DNA of 64,000 bases from Nitrospirota bacterium (lineage in GTDB: Bacteria; Nitrospirota; Thermodesulfovibrionia; Thermodesulfovibrionales; JdFR-85), in contig JAYWMQ010000052.1 in the NCBI GenBank assembly GCA_035873375.1, forward strand, positions 44,331 through 108,330, read 5' to 3'. The position numbers and the translations under genes are program-made. The notes under the pieces are model-generated. The model was not told where the DNA came from. It saw only the letters and a list, made by a program, of their open reading frames with translations, and made no database searches. Below, one piece after another: positions 25,934-32,269 of this stretch; the first letter of the stretch is position 1, and each line of letters starts with the position of its first letter.

Positions 25934-28711
25934 CTATCTTCGGTTACCGGTTGTAAAGCTCCATACTTCACTTGAAGCCTCACCACCCCGGCCATCACTT
26001 GCAATGACCTTCCAGGTGTATGATTCACCGGGGACGAGCGTAGCGGGATAGGTCTTAATACCTGGAACAGATGTATCAGTTGTGCTTTTACCGCATGAGA
26101 CGAGGAACATGGCTGTTATTGCCATCAGACCGATCAACAGGGCCAGCTTCCTGCGCCTTGCACTGCCTGCAAGCATCATCCCGAAGAGCAACAGTCCAGC
26201 TACGGAACCAAGTCCGGCATAAAGGGTACTGCTGCTTCCCTTTACAACATCACCTTCTACGGGCACGGCTTTGCAGGTGCTGCTGTCAAGTTCGGTCCCT
26301 TCAGGAGCATAGCATATCTGATAGGACACAGTGTCTCCATCTGCATCAGTGGACTCTTTCCAGACAAAAGTTACATTTGTCGGCACATTTGCGTCTCCGT
26401 CAGATGGGTAGTAGAGTTCAGGTGCATCAGGGGCAGTATTATCAGCAATTGCAGCAGGCACCGCGCAATCACTCAGGAGGCTCAGGAGGTCGGAGTCCGA
26501 CAAGTCAGAAGTATCGGTTGCAGCACTGTATGTCCAGCGTGGCGCCGTACCTCCGCCAGTCCCGCACATGGCTACTGCAACCTGAGGAACACCTGTGTCA
26601 CTGGAATTTATGCGGAGTACCCTGCCGAAAGACCCTGCGGTAGCTGGTGAGAAATCAACATCGATTGTACAGTTTGCTGATGCACCAAGAGTTGATGAGC
26701 AGTTGTCTGTTATGCTGAATGGCAGGAAAGCGTCTGCACCATATGTTGCAAGGGATGTTGAAATACCGGTAAGGTCTGTAGTACCGTTATTGGTTACTGT
26801 TATGGTCTGGGTTGTTGCTGAACCACCCACCGGAACATCACCAAAACCAATCTCAAGATCTGTATTCCCTGTACCATAGGTTACCATGATCTTCTCTGCA
26901 ACACCCAATGACCTGTCACCAGGGCCGGCTGCATATGCATGGAGATTCCACATTGTAAACTCCGTAGGATTAGCAGCCGGACAGTCATATGGAGTAACAC
27001 TACCCCAGCCGCCCTGTGCCCTTACGTTCCATGTGTGGGAGCCGGCAGCAGGTGTGTTGGTAAATGTATATTCCGTCCAGAGGGTACCTTCCACGGTATC
27101 AACATTGCTTGTAGCTGCGGGGGTTGTTGTGAGATCATCAACATACAGACTGACATCACTCACACAGGGATGGCCCCTGCCGTCAGCCCTGGTAACCTCG
27201 AGTATCCCAACCTTGAACGGCACGGCTCCGTTTGCGTATTCATCAGACGGGGTTACAGCATATATCTGAGGTCCGTGGAATTCGGGATTGGTGGCAAGAC
27301 CGGCAATTGTATACCACTCCGGCATGCCCCCATCAGCATAAGTGTCAACACTGTCAATGGAGTAAACGTTTCTGAATCCCAGTTTCTGCATGTATGCACC
27401 TGCCCAGTAGCCGCGATAGCCGCTGGCGCTGATGAGGTATATCCTTGTATTGAAATTAATGACCCCTGCCTGTTTCAGGTATCCCAGGATGGATTCAAAC
27501 TCAAGCGTGTCCTCCGGGAATGCGCCTGCATAGCTGCTGATCCAGAAGGGCACATTTGGGGGCAGAACCGTTACACCGGTAGCAGTGTCGGTCCACAGAG
27601 GGGAGCGGGCGTTCGAAGATGTACTGCCGCAGTCGTAAGTAAAAGGTGCCTGTCCTGTCACAGCGCATCCATTATGCTCTTCCCAGGTGCGAACGTCAAT
27701 TATTATACCGGTACGTGCAGAGGCAGAAGCTTCAGCCTCTATCGCTGATATATCAGACACTCCAAGGGCATGGTTGTTAAGCCCCCTTCCGGCATTATTG
27801 GCTGCAAGCGCCCTCCAGGTATAGGTTCCGGCGGGAATGTCGAATGGAGCGGTAGTGGAAGCGGCATCAAATGTATAGTCGGTCCAGAGGGCACCGGAGG
27901 TATCGTCCGGACTGAAGGCAACCTCATTCCCTCTGTATCCTGCACTGTCGAATATCTGAAGCGAGACCCTGGTTACCGGTGGAGGGTTAAAGTAACCGCT
28001 TGGGGTAGGCTCCAGAATGCTGACGGTAAAGGTCGTGCTGCCGTCAAATGTTGCAAAAACCTGTGGTGGCACAGTGGTAAAACTGAAAAACTCCCCCATG
28101 CCCATATATTTAGGCAATGTGCCGGTGTTCCACTCGGACATGCCTCCCTCGGCAGCGCCGGTACCGTCACCATCAATATTGTACAGATTGGCAAAGGTGC
28201 CGCTCCCTGTTTTAGTGCTGGTAAATGTCCTGCCGTCCATCCATGTAGCCATATAACGGCTTCTCACTCCGGTACGGCAGAGGAAGTAAAGCCTTGTGTT
28301 AAAGTCAATTACTCCCCTCTCAAGCAGACCCTCTATAATATTCGTCACCTCTGTAGAATCATCCGGGGCCAATGTGGGGAATGTGGTATTTTCGTTGACC
28401 CACCAGGGGATGTTTATCGGCAGATATGTTTTACCGTTTAGCCTCCACTTCGGAGTGCCGTTGTATGCAGTGTTAGTATCCGTTGCCCCTGCTATTGCAC
28501 AACCGGTAGGACCCCAGGGGGGGCATTTACCGTTATTCTCATCAACTGAGCGCACATCTATTATGACCGCATCCGTACCGGTATTTTTCACTTCATTGTA
28601 AGCGGCAGTTGCCGATACTTCAGTAAAAACGGCCCATGCCGACTGCGCTGCAAACAGAAAAAACCCTGCGAGCGCCAGAAAAAATACTGAGTATAGTCTT
28701 CCTCTCCTCAT
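25934..28711 (-). CDS. secreted tandem-rhodanese surface protein with split-FN3/membrane-hairpin C-terminus (paralog B)
   Basis: 925 aa with an AxA signal (MRRGRLYSVFFLALAGFFLFAAQSAWA). Rhodanese 1 (aa ~33-200) has the loop FLCRTGVRS. Rhodanese 2 (aa ~320-472) has Cys replaced (LISASGYRG). Each rhodanese is followed by an Ig-like domain. Then one choice-of-anchor-D-like domain and the shared C-terminal module. SD is AGGAGG. Confidence 0.88.
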   Translation of the reverse strand: MRRGRLYSVFFLALAGFFLFAAQSAWAVFTEVSATAAYNEVKNTGTDAVIIDVRSVDENNGKCPPWGPTGCAIAGATDTNTAYNGTPKWRLNGKTYLPINIPWWVNENTTFPTLAPDDSTEVTNIIEGLLERGVIDFNTRLYFLCRTGVRSRYMATWMDGRTFTSTKTGSGTFANLYNIDGDGTGAAEGGMSEWNTGTLPKYMGMGEFFSFTTVPPQVFATFDGSTTFTVSILEPTPSGYFNPPPVTRVSLQIFDSAGYRGNEVAFSPDDTSGALWTDYTFDAASTTAPFDIPAGTYTWRALAANNAGRGLNNHALGVSDISAIEAEASASARTGIIIDVRTWEEHNGCAVTGQAPFTYDCGSTSSNARSPLWTDTATGVTVLPPNVPFWISSYAGAFPEDTLEFESILGYLKQAGVINFNTRIYLISASGYRGYWAGAYMQKLGFRNVYSIDSVDTYADGGMPEWYTIAGLATNPEFHGPQIYAVTPSDEYANGAVPFKVGILEVTRADGRGHPCVSDVSLYVDDLTTTPAATSNVDTVEGTLWTEYTFTNTPAAGSHTWNVRAQGGWGSVTPYDCPAANPTEFTMWNLHAYAAGPGDRSLGVAEKIMVTYGTGNTDLEIGFGDVPVGGSATTQTITVTNNGTTDLTGISTSLATYGADAFLPFSITDNCSSTLGASANCTIDVDFSPATAGSFGRVLRINSSDTGVPQVAVAMCGTGGGTAPRWTYSAATDTSDLSDSDLLSLLSDCAVPAAIADNTAPDAPELYYPSDGDANVPTNVTFVWKESTDADGDTVSYQICYAPEGTELDSSTCKAVPVEGDVVKGSSSTLYAGLGSVAGLLLFGMMLAGSARRRKLALLIGLMAITAMFLVSCGKSTTDTSVPGIKTYPATLVPGESYTWKVIASDGRGGEASSEVWSFTTGNRR
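26090..26221 (-). other. membrane-hairpin insertion in paralog B
   Basis: Encodes YAGLGSVAGLLLFGMMLAGSARRRKLALLIGLMAITAMFLVSCG (aa 831-874). Confidence 0.8.
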
Positions 28712-28751
28712 AACAACCTCCTTGACCTCAATGTAGTACCGTCAAAACTTA

Positions 28752-28836
28752 ACCACAGAGGACACAGAGATTATTTTAAAGAAAGAGCTTAAGACCTTAA
28801 AAAAATTCTTATAATCTTCAAGTGTTTCTCTGTGGT
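28752..28836. repeat. CACAGAG-type palindromic element upstream of paralog B
   Basis: accacagaggacacagaga (28752..28770) faces ttctctgtggt (28826..28836). The centre, cttaagaccttaaaaaaattctt, resembles the centre of the GCAGAT elements (caagactttagaaaaattct). Confidence 0.7.
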
Positions 28837-28918
28837 GAAATTCTTTCTTCTCTCTATTTTATGGATATCTTATAGATATTTAATTTAATAACTACCAAAA
28901 ATATAATCTGAGGGAATT

Positions 28919-28951
28919 AAAAAGCCCGGGCCACCTGCGGGTGGCCCGGGC
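28919..28951 (-). terminator. rho-independent terminator of paralog C
   Basis: 11-bp GC-rich stem: gcccgggccac (28924..28934) pairs with gtggcccgggc (28941..28951). On the minus strand it is followed by TTTTT (complement of 28919..28923). It sits 37 nt after the stop at 28988. Confidence 0.85.
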
Positions 28952-28987
28952 CGGAGTTACTTCTCAAATTCTGCTAATACACACCTC

Positions 28988-31750
28988 TTAACGCCTTCCT
29001 CTTCTTTTCTTACCGCTTTCGGTCTTGAAGCTCCACTCATCACTTAGAGTCTGGTCCTGTCCGTCACTTGCAGTGACCTGCCAGTAATAAGTAGTGTTAG
29101 CATCAAGTCCGCTGATAACGGTACCCGTTGTATTTTCGGGTGTAACGTCATCACCGCAAGATACGAGGAACATGGCTGTCAATATCATCATACCTATCAA
29201 CAGTACCATCTTTCTCCGCCTTGTACTGCCTGCAAGAACAAATCCGAACAGGAGCAGTCCTGCTCCAGCACCAAGCCCTGCAAACATCGGGCTGTCGGTA
29301 CCTTTGGCGGATGCCGTAGTGTCATCCACAGACACGGTAACACAGCCATCTGTGAGGTTCTCGTCCTTACAATATGTAACCTCATAGGTCACAGGATCAT
29401 TGTCAGGATCAGTGGCTTTCTTCCACACAAGAGGCAGATCGCTGGTTGGTACATCAGTAGCTCCGTTTTCAGGGTAAAGAAGTTCAGGCTTAGTAGGCGG
29501 CTGATTAGCTCCTACCTCTACACCTTCTCCACTTACACTGACTGTTACAGAGGCCTCATCAGGGTCATCTGATGTGATGACAAGGCTGTCAGTGAAGGTC
29601 CCCACTGCTGATGGGGCAAAGCTTACTGTAATAGCACAGCTTTCTGATGGTGCAAGTGTGCCTGTGCATCCATCATCCGTGATGCTGAACGGATCGCTGA
29701 GTGAAGATACTGAAGCAATGGTAAGGTCTGCTGTACCGTCATTTGTAACGGTTACAACCTGACTGTCGGAATCTCCAACAGTTACACTGTCGAAGTCCAC
29801 AGATGTCGTGGATACCGTAATATCAGGCTGAGCAGCAACACCTGTACCGCTCAGAGCCACATCCACAACCGCTGTGTCAGGGTCGTCCGACGGTATGGAA
29901 AGCGTTCCTGTATTTACACCCTCTGCTGATGGTGTAAATATCACATCTACCGTACAGTTGTCTCCAACTGCCACGGCACTGTTTGAACAGAGATCATTTG
30001 CAGTGCTGTAGTCGCCTGTTACAGCAAGTGCTCCTACATTGAGGGTTGCACTGCCTGCATTTGTAACTGTAACGGTCTGAGCTGACGTATTTCCGATTAT
30101 CACACTGCCAAAGTCCACCGTGGTCGGAGATACTGAAATATCAGGCTCAGGAGTCGCTATGCCTGTGCCGCTTAATGCCACATTCACAACCGCTGAGTCA
30201 GGATCGTCCGACTCAATGAAAAGGGTGCCGGTCAAATCACCCAATCCTGCTGGTTGAAAGACTACATCCGCCGTACAGCTCACGCCCGGTGCCAGTATCC
30301 CGTCCAAAGGACAGTTACTGCCTGTCGCTGTGAAATCACCGATTATTGCAACGTTTGTAACCGTAAGATCAGCAGTGCCTGTATTTGCAATCGTAACGGT
30401 CTGCGCCGCTGATGTATCTCCGACAACAACATTGCCGAAAGCAAGGCTTGCCGGTGTAACGGAAATATTTGGCTCAGGAGTAGTGGCAGCAACACCTGTA
30501 CCGCTTAATGCCACATCGAGAACCGCTGTGTCAGGGTCATCCGACGGGATGGAGAGGGTGCCGGTCAGAAAACCTTCCGTTGCAGGTTCAAAAACCACTG
30601 ACACCGTACAGTTACTTCCCGCCGTCACGGTAGCGCTGGAACAGCTATCAGCGGTAATAGTAAAGTCACCGGTTTTAGTTACCGCATAGATATTAAGGTC
30701 TGCAGTACCTGTATTTGAGACCGTAAAGGTCTGTGCTGATGATGTGCCTCCAACCGTCACAGAGCCAAAGTCTTTTGCACCTGGAGAGACGGAAATATTA
30801 GGCTCGGAAACAATCGTTGAAACAGTCAATGTCCTGTCACCAGGACCGGCATCAAGTGCATAGGCACTCCAGCTCACGTCTGTGCTGGCAGTCCAGGAAG
30901 CAGACGTTGCTTTTACATTCCATGTATGGGAACCGTTCGACAGTGTCTGGGTGAAACTGTACACCGTCCAGAGGGTACCGGCTACAGTATCGGTAGTGTC
31001 AGAGGCAACCTGAGCACCGGCTACATACAGATCAACCGAATTTATAGCTCTAAAACCTTGCCATCCTCGTCCTAATTTGACATTGCCCCATGTGGGCTCC
31101 AGAATTCCAACGGAAAATGTGACTGTATCAGTACTGGTTTCTGTAAAACCGTCGACAGGTGTTATAGAGTATATCTGTGGCGGCTTCCAGGTCTCGTTCT
31201 TTGGCAGGCCCTGTTTAGTCCACTCCAACATACCTCCGTCTGTACCACCAAGGCCGTCACTGTCAAGGGTATAGACATTAGTAAAGCCCATATTGTTCTG
31301 CACCCATACTGCGCCATAGTAGCTGCGATAACCGCTCCTGCAGATGAAATACAAAGGGGTGCTCTTTGTAATATACCCGGAATCCAGGAGAGCCTGAAAA
31401 GCATTCCTGTACTCCGTAGTGTCCTCCGGGTTTTTGTCACTGGCAGTACTGCTGATCCAGAAGGGTATATTGGGCGGCAAAACCGTTACGCCGGTTGCAT
31501 CATCAACCCACTGTGGAGAGCCGTTGTTACCCGCCTCCGGATTGGGACATGTCTCCCCAGCCCACGGGGGCTGACATTTGTTGTGCTCTTCCACAGAACG
31601 TACATCAATTATCACTCCATTGCGTGCTTTTGCGTTGTTGTAAGCATCAAGTGGTGAAATACTGCCAACAGCTGCCCATGCCGGCTGCACCGTAAAGAGA
31701 AACAACGATGCAAGCGCCAGCAATACTGAGTATATTTTTACCCTACTCAT
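28988..31750 (-). CDS. secreted rhodanese + 4x choice-of-anchor-D repeat surface protein with split-FN3/membrane-hairpin C-terminus (paralog C)
   Basis: The track start at 31774 is TTG. The ATG at 31750 follows AAGGGAGGT by 7 nt and gives the signal MSRVKIYSVLLALASLFLFTVQPAWA, matching the paralogs. One rhodanese domain (loop FICRSGYRS) plus an Ig-like domain. Four ~105-aa tandem repeats (PNISVSP..FG.V.VG.TS.Q..T..N.G.A.L...C....V.F.P...G..TG.L.I.SDDPD.....V.LSGTG). Shared C-terminal module. Confidence 0.88.
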   Translation of the reverse strand: MSRVKIYSVLLALASLFLFTVQPAWAAVGSISPLDAYNNAKARNGVIIDVRSVEEHNKCQPPWAGETCPNPEAGNNGSPQWVDDATGVTVLPPNIPFWISSTASDKNPEDTTEYRNAFQALLDSGYITKSTPLYFICRSGYRSYYGAVWVQNNMGFTNVYTLDSDGLGGTDGGMLEWTKQGLPKNETWKPPQIYSITPVDGFTETSTDTVTFSVGILEPTWGNVKLGRGWQGFRAINSVDLYVAGAQVASDTTDTVAGTLWTVYSFTQTLSNGSHTWNVKATSASWTASTDVSWSAYALDAGPGDRTLTVSTIVSEPNISVSPGAKDFGSVTVGGTSSAQTFTVSNTGTADLNIYAVTKTGDFTITADSCSSATVTAGSNCTVSVVFEPATEGFLTGTLSIPSDDPDTAVLDVALSGTGVAATTPEPNISVTPASLAFGNVVVGDTSAAQTVTIANTGTADLTVTNVAIIGDFTATGSNCPLDGILAPGVSCTADVVFQPAGLGDLTGTLFIESDDPDSAVVNVALSGTGIATPEPDISVSPTTVDFGSVIIGNTSAQTVTVTNAGSATLNVGALAVTGDYSTANDLCSNSAVAVGDNCTVDVIFTPSAEGVNTGTLSIPSDDPDTAVVDVALSGTGVAAQPDITVSTTSVDFDSVTVGDSDSQVVTVTNDGTADLTIASVSSLSDPFSITDDGCTGTLAPSESCAITVSFAPSAVGTFTDSLVITSDDPDEASVTVSVSGEGVEVGANQPPTKPELLYPENGATDVPTSDLPLVWKKATDPDNDPVTYEVTYCKDENLTDGCVTVSVDDTTASAKGTDSPMFAGLGAGAGLLLFGFVLAGSTRRRKMVLLIGMMILTAMFLVSCGDDVTPENTTGTVISGLDANTTYYWQVTASDGQDQTLSDEWSFKTESGKKRRGRR
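29153..29284 (-). other. membrane-hairpin insertion in paralog C
   Basis: Encodes FAGLGAGAGLLLFGFVLAGSTRRRKMVLLIGMMILTAMFLVSCG. Confidence 0.8.
29510..30805 (-). repeat. four tandem ~315-bp coding repeats (choice-of-anchor-D / ASH-like Ig domains) inside paralog C
   Basis: aa 324-755 in track numbering. The repeat boundaries PEPNISV / PEPDISV / QPDITV and the ...SDDPD...LSGTG ends are visible in the translation. Confidence 0.8.
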
Positions 31751-32081
31751 ATAAGCTACCTCCCTTAAATTCAATGTACTGAAGATGTACGGATTTCAGC
31801 TCTTCTAAATTATAGTACTCTCGTTAACCTTTCTGTCCCGAAATCATCGGGATTACTCTTTAAGAATTTCCGGGTTTTTCTATGGCCTTATCACCTCCCT
31901 TTATTTGGGGTGTATCCAGTGTTTCCCTTGCGTCATACGCAGACTATCCAAGTGTTATCAGAGGTAATATTTAATGTGAATCTGTTGAGTGGTTTCCTGA
32001 AATTCAGCGCTGTGAATCTCATTCTGTCTACTTGATTGTAAAAAAATCAAGCAACTTGCAATCTTTGCAATGAAAAACCGG

Positions 32082-32124
32082 AGAAAAATAAGGCCCTGAC
32101 CATACTGTGAGTATGGTCAGGGCC
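32082..32124 (-). terminator. rho-independent terminator of paralog D
   Basis: 15-bp perfect stem: ggccctgaccatact (32092..32106) pairs with agtatggtcagggcc (32110..32124), loop gtg. On the minus strand it is followed by ttatttttctc. Confidence 0.8.
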
Positions 32125-32269
32125 CAAAGCTTATATCAGGATAAGCGAGTCAGCCACGGTAAGACATGACCACGTTTCATCAGGTCTCATAACAGATATC
32201 AAAAACTGTCTCATGACTGTCATCAACGTCTTATCCTCCCTTACTTTTTTCAAATCTTCCCGGCAGAGA

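Noticed and set aside
26071-28441. Several plus-strand ORFs (26071..26643, 26939..27748, 27770..28441) inside paralog B, and similar ones inside A, C and D
   Set aside because: They are antisense shadows of long minus-strand genes whose translations carry clear signal peptides and rhodanese, Ig and FN3 motifs. The plus-strand products have no motifs and are Cys/Arg/Gly-rich.
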